A DNA stretch of 35,677 nucleotides, taken from Eubacteriales bacterium (GTDB taxonomy: Bacteria; Bacillota; Clostridia; Oscillospirales; CAG-272). How positions within the stretch are numbered: the stretch's first letter is position 1; each line of letters begins with the position of its first letter. Location: assembly GCA_045632105.1 (NCBI GenBank), contig JAZQVZ010000009.1, positions 1 through 35,677 of the forward strand. Direction: 5' to 3'. Positions 22,483 to 31,595 of this stretch are shown here, in pieces. A model generated the notes under the pieces. The model saw only the letters and a program-made list of their open reading frames with translations. It was not told the origin of the DNA and did not search any database. Position numbers and translations under genes: made by a program.

Positions 22483-24069
22483 ATGCGCGTTCAAAGAGCA
22501 AATTATATAACGAATTTCCTTTTTCCCTGTATTTATTTCTCACTTATCACAGGTGCGGTCACCGCCCTTATCGCATTTGCGCTGAAGATATTGGCTAACG
22601 TCGTAATATCTCTTTCGGGCAACGTATATTCGGCAGTTCGCATCTCCCCTATATATCTCCCTCTGTTAGTAGCCGGCGCGGCGCTTCTTGGACTTTTAGC
22701 CGCTCTTCTACTCACCTTCGCTCCCGAATGTAAGGGCGGAGGAATTCCCGCCGCCGTTGCTGCTCTTCGTGGAATTACGGTATTCAACTGGCTGAAGACG
22801 TTGATAGTTCTTCCCATATCCGCTCTTATCACCTTCCTTTGCGGGGTGCCTCTCGGTAATGAGGGACCCACCGTGCAGATAGGTACTGCAGTAGGACTTG
22901 GAACGGTAAGAACTCTCGGTAGCCGAAACAAGAGAGGCTGGAGCAGATATATTATGACAGGAGGCGCCAGCGCAGGCTTTGCCTGTGCTACGGGAGCACC
23001 GCTGTCGGGTATTCTCTTCGCACTTGAGGAGGCTCACAAAAAACTTTCTCCCCTTTTCTTTACCGTGGCTTCTCTGTCTGTGCTGTCGAGCGCAGTAACA
23101 ACGAGAATTCTTTCGAGTCTTACCCATATCTCCCCCAAGCTCTTCCATATACCCACAATACCCACCCTCGGCCTTGAATCGATATGGGCTGCCGCAATAG
23201 TAGGACTTGTATGCGGTCTTTGCGCTCTTCTCTTCACCAAAACATATTTACGGTGCAATGAAATTATAAATCAAAAGCTCAAAAAGCTTCCCTTTATGGT
23301 CAAGCTCCCCGTAATATTTGCCGCTACGTCGGTGGTCGGATTCCTCTGCGCAGAAATGCTGGGCTCGGGACATTTGCTAATAGAGGAGCTTATCGAGGGT
23401 CACGGAGTATGGTATATGCTCATTATCATATTCATTGTAAGAGCTATATTTATGATGATCGCCAACACCGCAGGTGTTACGGGAGGTATCTTCCTTCCCA
23501 CCATCTCCTTCGGAGCAATTCTCGGTACCCTTTGCGCAGACGGTCTGATAGCCCTTGGTGCTATCGGCGCTGAGCACAGAGTATTTCTTATCATAGCAGG
23601 TATGGCAGCCTTCCTGGGAGCTGCATCCAAGGTGCCGATAACCGCCTGTATCTTCGCAATCGAGGCGCTCTGCGGAATAAGCAACATTCTTCCCATTATG
23701 ATCGCCGTAACCACGGGATTCCTTGTAATAGAAGCATCGAGAATGGACGACTTCAGCGCGACCGTTATCCACACCATAAAGAAAAGAGCCACCGCAGGAA
23801 AGACGCTTTACACTATCGAAGTGCCGCTTACCGTACACAAGGGCGTATTTATCGTAGGCAAGGAGCCCCGCGACGTTCTGTGGCCTCAGAACTGTGTGGT
23901 AGTTTCCACCGAGAAGATCGATTCCCACTCAAAGCTTGCAGGCTTTAACCCGGGCGACGTTCTCCACGTTCACTATACCACCTATGACCCAATAGTCACC
24001 GCCGACGAGCTTGAAGCTCTGGTAGGCGACCAAAGCGAGGATATCGATAAGATAATGCGTCCTCAGTAA
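22483..24069 (+). CDS. ClC-family chloride channel/transporter with C-terminal TrkA_C (RCK_C)-like domain
   Basis: GGGIP, GNEGP, APLSGILFALEE, GGIFLP; C-terminal IVGKEPRDVLWPQNCVVVS...GDVL. ATG at 22483 after AAGGAGG. Confidence 0.9.
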   Translation: MRVQRANYITNFLFPCIYFSLITGAVTALIAFALKILANVVISLSGNVYSAVRISPIYLPLLVAGAALLGLLAALLLTFAPECKGGGIPAAVAALRGITVFNWLKTLIVLPISALITFLCGVPLGNEGPTVQIGTAVGLGTVRTLGSRNKRGWSRYIMTGGASAGFACATGAPLSGILFALEEAHKKLSPLFFTVASLSVLSSAVTTRILSSLTHISPKLFHIPTIPTLGLESIWAAAIVGLVCGLCALLFTKTYLRCNEIINQKLKKLPFMVKLPVIFAATSVVGFLCAEMLGSGHLLIEELIEGHGVWYMLIIIFIVRAIFMMIANTAGVTGGIFLPTISFGAILGTLCADGLIALGAIGAEHRVFLIIAGMAAFLGAASKVPITACIFAIEALCGISNILPIMIAVTTGFLVIEASRMDDFSATVIHTIKKRATAGKTLYTIEVPLTVHKGVFIVGKEPRDVLWPQNCVVVSTEKIDSHSKLAGFNPGDVLHVHYTTYDPIVTADELEALVGDQSEDIDKIMRPQ

Positions 24070-24081
24070 ATAATAATAATC

Positions 24082-24108
24082 GTAGAGGTCGACATCCTCT
24101 GCGACCCG
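24082..24108 (+). repeat. Solitary GTAG-type REP-like palindrome
   Basis: GTAG followed by GGTCG-10 nt-CGACC in the intergenic space after the ClC stop codon. Confidence 0.4.
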
Positions 24109-24121
24109 AAATATCATAAAC

Positions 24122-24162
24122 AAAAATCCCACAGACCAATAAAATGGTCTGTGGGATTTTTT
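24122..24162. terminator. Bidirectional terminator between ClC and the EF-G paralogue
   Basis: AAAAATCCCACAGACCA...TGGTCTGTGGGATTTTTT. Confidence 0.9.
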
Positions 24163-24165
24163 ATT

Positions 24166-26223
24166 TTAAGCGTTTTCCTTCTTGTATGCTTCAACTATCT
24201 TTGCAGCAATGTTTCCGGGAACTGTGTCGTAACCGGTAACGTTGAACTCAAAGCTTCCTCTGCCCTGAGTCATTGCGCGAAGAGCGATAGGATACTCAAC
24301 AAGCTCTGCCTTGGGAGCAACAGCGTGAACTACGGTGTAGCCCTTCTTTGCAGCGGGATCCATACCCATAACCGCGCCGCGGCGCTTGTTAAGGTCACCC
24401 ATAACGTCACCAACGAGAGAATCGGGAACGGTAATGTCCATATCTCCAACAGGCTCAAGAAGAACGGGAGCAGCCTGCTCAAGGCACTTCTTGTAAGCGA
24501 TGCTTGCAGCGGTCTTGAAGGAGATTTCATCCGAGTCAACGTCGTGGTAGGAGCCGTCGTAAAGATCAGCCGCAAGACCAACCATGGGGAATCCTGCAAC
24601 GCCCTTTGTCATAGCGTCCTGAAGACCCTTTTCAACTGCGGGATAGAAGTTCTTGGGAACGGTTCCGCCAACAACGGATACGCTGAACTCAAGTCCCTCG
24701 CTCTCTGCGGGAGCAAAGCGGATCTTAACGTGACCGTACTGACCCGAGCCACCGTTCTGCTTCTTGTGCTTACCTTCAACGTCAACTCTCTTGGTTATCT
24801 TCTCACGATAAGCCATCTTGGGAACGTCGAAGTTTACGTTTACGCCGAAGCGGTTCTTAAGCTTTGCGCTAAGAACTGCAAGGTGCATATCTCCAAGTCC
24901 CGAGATAAGCATCTGCTTGGTTTCGGGATTGTTCTCATACTTAAGTGTCAGATCCTCCTCGAGCATCTTTGCAATACTCTGGGAGATCTTGCCCTCGTCC
25001 TTTGCAGTAGCGGGAGCCATTGCTCTGGTATAGTAGGGGTTGGGGTAGGAAACGGGAGCGTACTTGAACTCCTTGTTCCATGTAAGAGTATCGTTGGTGT
25101 TGGTGCTCGAAAGCTTTGCTACCATACCGATATCTCCACAAGCCAGCTCGTCGACCTCGGTCTGCTTCTTGCCGCTCATTACGTAGATGTGCGCAAGCTT
25201 CTCGCCGTCGCCGGTGGTGTTGTTCTTCATCATAATATCGCGCTTAACGGTACCGCTCATTACCTTGAAGTAGGACATCTTTCCTACGAAGGGGTCAGCA
25301 ACAGTCTTGAACACGAACAGAGAGGGCTCGCCCTCAACGTTGATCTCAAGGTCGCTTCCGTCCTCAAGCATTTCAACCTTCTTAGCGGTGTGTCTGGGGA
25401 AGGATTCGGTAATTTTGTCGAGCATAGTCCATACGCCCCAGAGCTTAGTAGCAGCTCCGCAGAATACGGGAACGATGTCACCGTGAATGATACCCTCGTG
25501 AACAGCGTTGATAGCCTCCATATGAGTTATATCCTCGCCGCCGAAGTACTTCTCCATAAGATCCTCATCGGTACTTGCAACCGCTTCCATAAGCATATCA
25601 CGGAACTTTGCAACCGCTTCCTTGGATTCCTCGGGAATAAGCTCTACGCTGTGTCTTCCGTTGTCGTCGAATACGTGAGCGGTCTGGTCGATAAGGTCGA
25701 TACAACCGGTAACCTCACCGTTCTTTACCATAGGAATGGTAAGAGGACAGATGTGCTTACCAAAGGTAGCGTGCAGATCGTCAAGCACGCGTGCGAAACG
25801 CGCGTCGTTATCGTCGAACTTGTTGATAAAGAATGCTCTGGGCAGACCTGCAGCCTCAGCGTAGTTCCACGCCAGCTCAGTTCCTATCTCGATTCCTGCC
25901 TTACCGTCAACAACAATGATAGCGCTGTCGGCAACGCGGAGAGCCTGCTTTACCTCACCCACGAAATCAAGGTATCCGGGGGTGTCAAGAAGATTTATCT
26001 TTGTGTCCTTCCATGTCATATTGAGAAGCGAGGTGGAAAGAGAGAAGCCTCTCTTGGTCTCCTCAGCGTCATAGTCCGAAACGGTGTTTCCGTCAGCTAC
26101 CTTACCAAGACGGTCGGTTCCTCCTGTAATATATATCATCGCTTCAGCAAGCGAGGTCTTTCCGCAACCTCCGTGTCCGAGCAATGCAACGTTTCTGATT
26201 TGTTTGGTGTCTACAAAAGCCAT
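24166..26223 (-). CDS. fusA2: Elongation factor G paralogue (EF-G2 type)
   Basis: IRNVALLGHGGCGKTS, RGFSL, DTPGYLDF, NKFD, KKQNGGSGQYG, DGSYHDVDS, LLEP, MTQGRGSF. ATG at 26223 after GGAGGAAGGA. Confidence 0.9.
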   Translation of the reverse strand: MAFVDTKQIRNVALLGHGGCGKTSLAEAMIYITGGTDRLGKVADGNTVSDYDAEETKRGFSLSTSLLNMTWKDTKINLLDTPGYLDFVGEVKQALRVADSAIIVVDGKAGIEIGTELAWNYAEAAGLPRAFFINKFDDNDARFARVLDDLHATFGKHICPLTIPMVKNGEVTGCIDLIDQTAHVFDDNGRHSVELIPEESKEAVAKFRDMLMEAVASTDEDLMEKYFGGEDITHMEAINAVHEGIIHGDIVPVFCGAATKLWGVWTMLDKITESFPRHTAKKVEMLEDGSDLEINVEGEPSLFVFKTVADPFVGKMSYFKVMSGTVKRDIMMKNNTTGDGEKLAHIYVMSGKKQTEVDELACGDIGMVAKLSSTNTNDTLTWNKEFKYAPVSYPNPYYTRAMAPATAKDEGKISQSIAKMLEEDLTLKYENNPETKQMLISGLGDMHLAVLSAKLKNRFGVNVNFDVPKMAYREKITKRVDVEGKHKKQNGGSGQYGHVKIRFAPAESEGLEFSVSVVGGTVPKNFYPAVEKGLQDAMTKGVAGFPMVGLAADLYDGSYHDVDSDEISFKTAASIAYKKCLEQAAPVLLEPVGDMDITVPDSLVGDVMGDLNKRRGAVMGMDPAAKKGYTVVHAVAPKAELVEYPIALRAMTQGRGSFEFNVTGYDTVPGNIAAKIVEAYKKENA

Positions 26224-26342
26224 GGGATGTTCCTTCCTCCCCCCGCTCCTGCGGAAGGATAATAAAATTATTTTTAACAAGTTATCCAATTTTTATTGGA
26301 TAAAACCCGTTTTATTGGTTCTTTTTAACAAACCTTTCCTTT

Positions 26343-26371
26343 ATTATACAACATCTCTTTAGTTTTTTCAA
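26343..26371 (-). promoter_or_regulatory. Sigma-A promoter of the EF-G paralogue
   Basis: TTGAAA-17 nt-TATAAT. Confidence 0.65.
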
Positions 26372-26438
26372 GGGCTTTTTCTCTTTTTTTGCCGCTCTAA
26401 ACATAGAAATACACCCACCCTTTTTGTTTATTTGTAAC

Positions 26439-26475
26439 AAAAAAGAGCCGTCGCGCAAGGCAACGGCTCTTTTTT
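26439..26475 (-). terminator. Terminator at the end of the mgtE-metG-tatD-phosphatase run
   Basis: AAAAAAGAGCCGT...ACGGCTCTTTTTT. Confidence 0.8.
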
Positions 26476-27178
26476 ATATTTTCACGTCGTTATCGTGAGT
26501 CATATCAAGTCCTTCTGCGAAGAGATGGGACATATCCGAGAAGCATCTACATCTGGGAGCTGTAAATCCGTTTTTATTGTTAGCGAATTCGATCACCGTT
26601 ACACCCGTATGAGTGTAGGCAAAGGACGACCACATAATATGCAGAGGAATATGCAGAAGAGTGGATATCCACGCGCGACCCATGGCAGCATGGCAGAAAA
26701 GAGCCACTTTATCGTCATTTTCACGAAGTATTCGGTAAACTCCGTTCTCTTCCCTGTATCCAAGTCGCTCAAGAAAATCACGTCCTCCCGCTTCAATGCG
26801 CTCAACCGCCGTTTTCATATCCGACTGGTTGATTCCCTGACACTCATAGGAACGCTCGTAGGGCAGATCAACATTCCCATTCTCACGAAAATATGTATTC
26901 TGAAGCATCGTAATAGACTTCATTTTCCCGTCGGGAAAGGGGGTCAGGCGCTCACCCTGTATTTCGTGGGACCAATCTTCAATAGTATACTCAAGTCCCA
27001 AAAGCTTACATGTAGGCTCTGCGGTCATTCTTGCGCGCCCCATAGGCGATGAGAATATCCTATTCACACCTGCATCTGCAAGGCGCTTTGCCACCGCCTC
27101 GGCCTGCTTCTGGCCTCTTTCGGTCAGCGAATCGGTAGAATATATGGGATCTCCGTGTCTTACTATATAAAGTAACAT
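26474..27178 (-). CDS. Histidine phosphatase family protein (phosphoglycerate-mutase-like)
   Basis: YIVRHGDP, LTERGQKQA, SSPMGRARMTA, ALFCH. Confidence 0.9.
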   Translation of the reverse strand: MLLYIVRHGDPIYSTDSLTERGQKQAEAVAKRLADAGVNRIFSSPMGRARMTAEPTCKLLGLEYTIEDWSHEIQGERLTPFPDGKMKSITMLQNTYFRENGNVDLPYERSYECQGINQSDMKTAVERIEAGGRDFLERLGYREENGVYRILRENDDKVALFCHAAMGRAWISTLLHIPLHIMWSSFAYTHTGVTVIEFANNKNGFTAPRCRCFSDMSHLFAEGLDMTHDNDVKI

Positions 27179-27188
27179 TGTCTTCTCC

Positions 27189-27992
27189 TTAAATACCGAA
27201 AAGCGTTCTTGCGTTCGCTCGAGTAAGCTCGGCTATCTTCCCAAGCTCACAGCCCCTCGCATCTGCAAGAGCCTGCGCCGTATAAAGCAATCTTCCCGAA
27301 TGATTTATCTTACCTCTGAAGGGGTGAGGCGCAAGATAGGGCGCGTCGGTCTCAATGAGTATTCTGTCATCGGGTACCACAGCCGCTACCTCTTTTATCT
27401 TACTTGCATTCTTAAAGGACACCACGCCCGAGAATGAGATATACCAGCCACGCTTGACGAGCTCCTTCGCCATCTCAGCGCTTCCGCTGTAGCTGTGGAA
27501 TACTCCTCGCACCTCGGGGTATTTCAGCACGGTGTCAAAGCTGTCGCCGTGAGCCTCGCGGTCGTGGATTATCACGGGCATATCAAGCTCGCGCGCCAAG
27601 GAAAGCTGAGCCTCGAAGCAGGACATTTGAGCCTCCTTGTCATAGGGCTCCCAATAGTAATCAAGCCCTATCTCACCGATAGCCACAATCTTGTTCTCTT
27701 CTCTCTTCTCAAGCAAAGCTCTAAGACCTGCTATCATCTCCTCAAGGGTCATATTGACGTTCGCCATATCGGTAGGATGTATTCCCACAGCGGCGTATAT
27801 AAGAGGAAATTTCTTTGCCTGCTCAACTGCAAGCAGATTGCTCGACGGGTTCGTTCCTATATTTATTACACCCAAAAGCCCGTCAGAGAAAAGCTCCGCA
27901 AGGAGCTTTTCTGCTCCCTGCGGATTTTCCTCGGAATAAAATCTATCATCGTAATAATGGGCGTGAGAATCGAAAAATCTTATCTCTTCCAT
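27189..27992 (-). CDS. tatD: TatD family nuclease
   Basis: FDSHAH, AVGIHP, IGEIGLDYY, IIHDREAH, VFHSYSG, ETDAPYLAP; sits directly after metG as in many Bacillota. Confidence 0.93.
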   Translation of the reverse strand: MEEIRFFDSHAHYYDDRFYSEENPQGAEKLLAELFSDGLLGVINIGTNPSSNLLAVEQAKKFPLIYAAVGIHPTDMANVNMTLEEMIAGLRALLEKREENKIVAIGEIGLDYYWEPYDKEAQMSCFEAQLSLARELDMPVIIHDREAHGDSFDTVLKYPEVRGVFHSYSGSAEMAKELVKRGWYISFSGVVSFKNASKIKEVAAVVPDDRILIETDAPYLAPHPFRGKINHSGRLLYTAQALADARGCELGKIAELTRANARTLFGI

Positions 27993-27994
27993 TA

Positions 27995-29956
27995 TTATCT
28001 TACGCGCTCGCCAAGAGGCGTGTCGTCAGCCAAAAATACAACTCTTACCTGCTCCTCGCCGCTTGCAAGTATCATTCCCTCGGAATCGATACCGCAAAGC
28101 TTTGCGGGCTTAAGGTTAGCCACGATAATGACCTTCTTGCCGATAAGATCCTCGGGAGCGTAGAACTTAGCAATTCCCGATACTACCTGACGCTTCTCAT
28201 AGCCGAGGTCGAGCTGCAGACAAAGAAGCTTCTTTGCCTTGGGAACTCTCTCACAAGCGATTATCTTCGCGGTGCGGAGCTCAACGCCCATAAAGTCCTC
28301 GATACCGATAAGAGCGCAGCCCTCGGGCTTCTCCTGAGCCTTCTCAGCAGCCTCAGCAGCGGCTCTCTGAGCCTCCATCTCTGCCTCAAGCTCTGCCAGA
28401 AGCTTTGCCTCGTCGATTCTTGCGAACATTACGCGGGAATCTCCAACAACGCTTCCTGCCTTGATAGCGCCGAAGCACTCAGCAGTGCCGATAGTGTCAA
28501 ATCCGCAAGCGTCGGTAGAAAGCTTTTCAAGTATCTCTGCCGAGGTCTCGGGAATGATGGGCTGAAGCATTACAGCGCCCCAACGGATAGCCTCAAGCAG
28601 GTTATAAAGAACGGTGCCGAGTCTTTCCTTCTTATCCTCGTCCTTAGCAAGGGTCCAAGGTGTGGTTTCATCAATGTACTTGTTTGCTCTGATGAACATC
28701 TCGAAGATGCACTCGATAGCGTCTGCTATGCGGAAGCTGTCCATATTGGAGGTCATTCCGTTGTAAGCCGCAACGCAAGCTGCCTTCAGCTCGTCGTCAA
28801 GAGCCTCGGGAGCGGTGGGAGCCTGAACTACCTTATCGAAATACTTCTTCTGCATATCAAGGGTTCTCTTTACGAGGTTACCCATATTGTTTACAAGGTC
28901 GGTATTGAATCTCTTGATTACCGACTCGTAGGTAATGCTTCCGTCGGAGTTATAGGGCATCTCGGAGAGAGCGTAATATCTCACGCCATCAACGCCAAAT
29001 CTCTCTGCAAGAGCGTCGGCATAAATAACGTTTCCGCGGGACTTGGACATCTTCTCAACGCCGAAGTTGAACCAGGGGTGACCGAACACCTTCTTGGGAA
29101 GCGGAATATCAAGCGCCATAAGGAATATAGGCCAATAAATAGTATGGAAACGAAGAATATCCTTGCCGATAACGTGAACGTCGCAGGGCCAATATTTCTT
29201 GAAGTGCTCGGACTGCTCCTCGAAGCTCTTGTCGGGATCGTAGCCGATAGCTGTGATATAGTTGGTCAGCGCGTCAAGCCAAACGTAGGTAACGTGTCTG
29301 TCGTCGAAATCAACGGGAATACCCCACTTGAAGGAGGTTCTGGATACGCAAAGATCCTGAAGACCTGCCTTGAGGAAGTTGTTTACCATCTCCTTCTTAC
29401 GGGACTCGGGCTCGATGAACTCGGGATGATCTTCGATGTACTGCATCAGCTGATCGGCATACTTGCTCATCTTGAAGAAATACGCTTCCTCACTTGCCTT
29501 CTGTACGGGTCTGCCACAGTCGGGACACTTGCCCTCTGCCGCCTGAGTTTCGGTAAAGAAGGACTCACAGGGAGTACAGTACCAGCCCTCGTACTTGCCC
29601 TTGTATATGTCGCCCTTATCGTAGAATTTCTTGAATATCTTCTGCACTGCCTTCTCGTGGTAGTCGTCGGTGGTGCGGATAAAGTAATCGTAGCTGGTAT
29701 TCATCTTGTCCCAGATACCCTTTATCTCTCCCGCAACGCCGTCAACGTACTGCTTGGGGGTAATGCCCGCAGCATTAGCAAGGTCCTCGATCTTCTGACC
29801 GTGCTCGTCGGTACCCGTGCAGAAATATACGTCGTAGCCTCTGGCTCTCTTGTATCTTGCAACCGCGTCGGTCATAATGACCTCATAGGTATTGCCGAAG
29901 TGAGGCTTTCTCGACGCATAGGCTATCGCCGTTGTAATATAAAATTTCTCGTTCAT
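27995..29956 (-). CDS. metG: Methionine--tRNA ligase with C-terminal tRNA-binding domain
   Basis: FYITTAIAY, HIGH variant HFGN, GTDEHGQKI, Zn knuckle CTPC...CPDC, YVWLDAL, KMSKS, OB-fold RQVVSGIA. ATG at 29956. Confidence 0.97.
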   Translation of the reverse strand: MNEKFYITTAIAYASRKPHFGNTYEVIMTDAVARYKRARGYDVYFCTGTDEHGQKIEDLANAAGITPKQYVDGVAGEIKGIWDKMNTSYDYFIRTTDDYHEKAVQKIFKKFYDKGDIYKGKYEGWYCTPCESFFTETQAAEGKCPDCGRPVQKASEEAYFFKMSKYADQLMQYIEDHPEFIEPESRKKEMVNNFLKAGLQDLCVSRTSFKWGIPVDFDDRHVTYVWLDALTNYITAIGYDPDKSFEEQSEHFKKYWPCDVHVIGKDILRFHTIYWPIFLMALDIPLPKKVFGHPWFNFGVEKMSKSRGNVIYADALAERFGVDGVRYYALSEMPYNSDGSITYESVIKRFNTDLVNNMGNLVKRTLDMQKKYFDKVVQAPTAPEALDDELKAACVAAYNGMTSNMDSFRIADAIECIFEMFIRANKYIDETTPWTLAKDEDKKERLGTVLYNLLEAIRWGAVMLQPIIPETSAEILEKLSTDACGFDTIGTAECFGAIKAGSVVGDSRVMFARIDEAKLLAELEAEMEAQRAAAEAAEKAQEKPEGCALIGIEDFMGVELRTAKIIACERVPKAKKLLCLQLDLGYEKRQVVSGIAKFYAPEDLIGKKVIIVANLKPAKLCGIDSEGMILASGEEQVRVVFLADDTPLGERVR

Positions 29957-29991
29957 TTTATCACCTTCCAAAGTTTTTCACGTATTTAAGA

Positions 29992-31392
29992 TCAGCTCAC
30001 ACCGAAGCCCAGAAGAAGTCCCCAGGCAAGGCCGTAGTAGCTGAATACCGCCACCAGATCGTTCACCGTTGTTATCAGCGGTCCCGAAGCAATAGCAGGG
30101 TCTATTCCAAGTCGGTAGAAGCACATAGGTATTGCCGCTCCCGTAAAGCCCGATATCATCATAGCAAAGCAAAGAGCCGCGCCTACGCAGGTTGCCGTAG
30201 TAAAGGCAAGAGCCACGGGATGACCGCCTACCAACCACAGATATGCGCCAACTATAAGCAAAGAGAAAAGTCCGATAAGGAAGCCGTTGATAAGAGCAAC
30301 TCGGGTCTCCTTAAAGATAAGTCCCGCCTGCTTTCTCATGCTCATCTCCTCACCGCCAAGAGCGCGTACAGTCACCGCAAGTGACTGAGTTCCTACGTTA
30401 CCCGCCATTCCGAGTATCAGCGACTGGAATGAAACGATAATGGGAAGCTCACGTACCACACCCTCGAAAAGACCGACCACGGCAGAAACCGCAAGGCCAA
30501 GGAAAAGAAGGATAACAAGCCAAGGAATACGCTTGCTCATACTCTTGAGCATAGGCTCCTCTGCCTCCTCCTCGGAGGACAGCGCCGCCAGCTTCGCGTA
30601 ATCGTCACCGCGCTCGGCATCGACGATCTCGATGATATCCTTAGAGGTAATAACACCCAGAAGCTCGTTGTTATCAACAGACAAAACGGGGATCAAATCC
30701 TCGGAATATCCGCGCAGACGCTCGATGTTGTCGGATATGCTCTCGTTATCGTAAACGTAGGGGAACGTGGTGTAGATCAGCTCCTCAAGAGGCTTGTCGC
30801 TTCTCGCGATTATCAGCTCCTTAAGGTCGATAGTACCGTAAAATCCACCCTTTTCGTCCACTACGAACAGTGTGTATATATTGTCGTTGTCGGGAGCCTC
30901 GGATATGAGCGCTCTCATAGCCTGCTTTACCGACAGATCCTTCTTAATCGCTATGAAATTGGTGCTCATCACGCTACCAAATTCATCGTCGTCATAGGAG
31001 CGGATAAGCTCTATCTCCTCCTTGACCTCGTCCTCGATAAGCTCGAAGACCTCCTGTCTGACCTCCTCGTCAAGCTCCTCAAGGACCTCAGCCGCCTCGT
31101 CAGCATCCATCTGCTCGATAATGTCCGCAGCCTCGTCAGCGTCCATTTCCGAAAGGATCTCACCCGCATCGTCAGCGAAGGTGATGACGTCGGACATCGC
31201 CTCACTACCGAGAACTCTGTGAAGTCTGTCAAGCTCCTCGGGAGAAAGCTCCTCAAGGACTGCCGCAATATCGTTGTCGTGATAATCGGCGAGTATCTCG
31301 CGAAGGATCTCGTCGGTGTTATCACCTCTTATAGCAGAAAGTATGGCGGCTCTATAATTTCTGTCTTCAAGCTCGTAAATGTTGTTTTCCAT
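29992..31392 (-). CDS. mgtE: Magnesium transporter MgtE
   Basis: Acidic N domain, CBS pair, KRIPWLVILL, GMAGNVGTQS, GIDPAIASGPLITTVND. Confidence 0.96.
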   Translation of the reverse strand: MENNIYELEDRNYRAAILSAIRGDNTDEILREILADYHDNDIAAVLEELSPEELDRLHRVLGSEAMSDVITFADDAGEILSEMDADEAADIIEQMDADEAAEVLEELDEEVRQEVFELIEDEVKEEIELIRSYDDDEFGSVMSTNFIAIKKDLSVKQAMRALISEAPDNDNIYTLFVVDEKGGFYGTIDLKELIIARSDKPLEELIYTTFPYVYDNESISDNIERLRGYSEDLIPVLSVDNNELLGVITSKDIIEIVDAERGDDYAKLAALSSEEEAEEPMLKSMSKRIPWLVILLFLGLAVSAVVGLFEGVVRELPIIVSFQSLILGMAGNVGTQSLAVTVRALGGEEMSMRKQAGLIFKETRVALINGFLIGLFSLLIVGAYLWLVGGHPVALAFTTATCVGAALCFAMMISGFTGAAIPMCFYRLGIDPAIASGPLITTVNDLVAVFSYYGLAWGLLLGFGVS

Positions 31393-31441
31393 AAAAAATA
31401 ACCTCCCATCACACAGAAAGGAGGCGGAAAACCGTCAAGGG

Positions 31442-31549
31442 TCAGAGTAAACGACCCAAAGCAAGCATAACTCCGATAAACGCTCCGTTTCTATGTATTA
31501 AATTCGTATTCATAGTACACATATGACTACTACACCCGTCCGCGTTCAT
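31442..31549 (-). CDS. Putative mgtE leader peptide (35 aa, MNADGCSSHMCTMNTNLIHRNGAFIGVMLALGRLL)
   Basis: Translated by hand. SD GAGGTG lies 5 nt before the ATG at 31549; TGA at 31444-31442; located between the promoter and mgtE. Confidence 0.55.
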   Translation of the reverse strand: MNADGCSSHMCTMNTNLIHRNGAFIGVMLALGRLL

Positions 31550-31595
31550 CTCGTCACCTCGCTTTACAAAATAGTTAAAAATATCCTACCTTATC

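Noticed and set aside
22483-24069. Fluoride exporter CLC-F with a fluoride riboswitch
   Set aside because: The GREGT and GEVTP motifs are absent and the 5' UTR is only about 30 nt.
24166-26223. Tetracycline ribosomal protection protein (TetM/TetO)
   Set aside because: The domain IV motifs KKQNGGSGQYG and DGSYHDVDS are EF-G type, and the composition matches the host chromosome.
27815-29989. 724-aa plus-strand ORF (similarly 24151-26262, 6711-8201, 21044-22252, 19955-20923, 18012-18962, 15924-16982, 5260-6216)
   Set aside because: Antisense shadows of well-supported genes such as metG, EF-G2 and ntpA. They have no recognisable motifs, and biased codon usage readily leaves the opposite strand open.
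31393-31595. M-box (ykoK) riboswitch upstream of mgtE
   Set aside because: I could not recognise the M-box core or an intrinsic terminator; the uORF and anti-SD helices explain the region better. A cmscan run is still needed.
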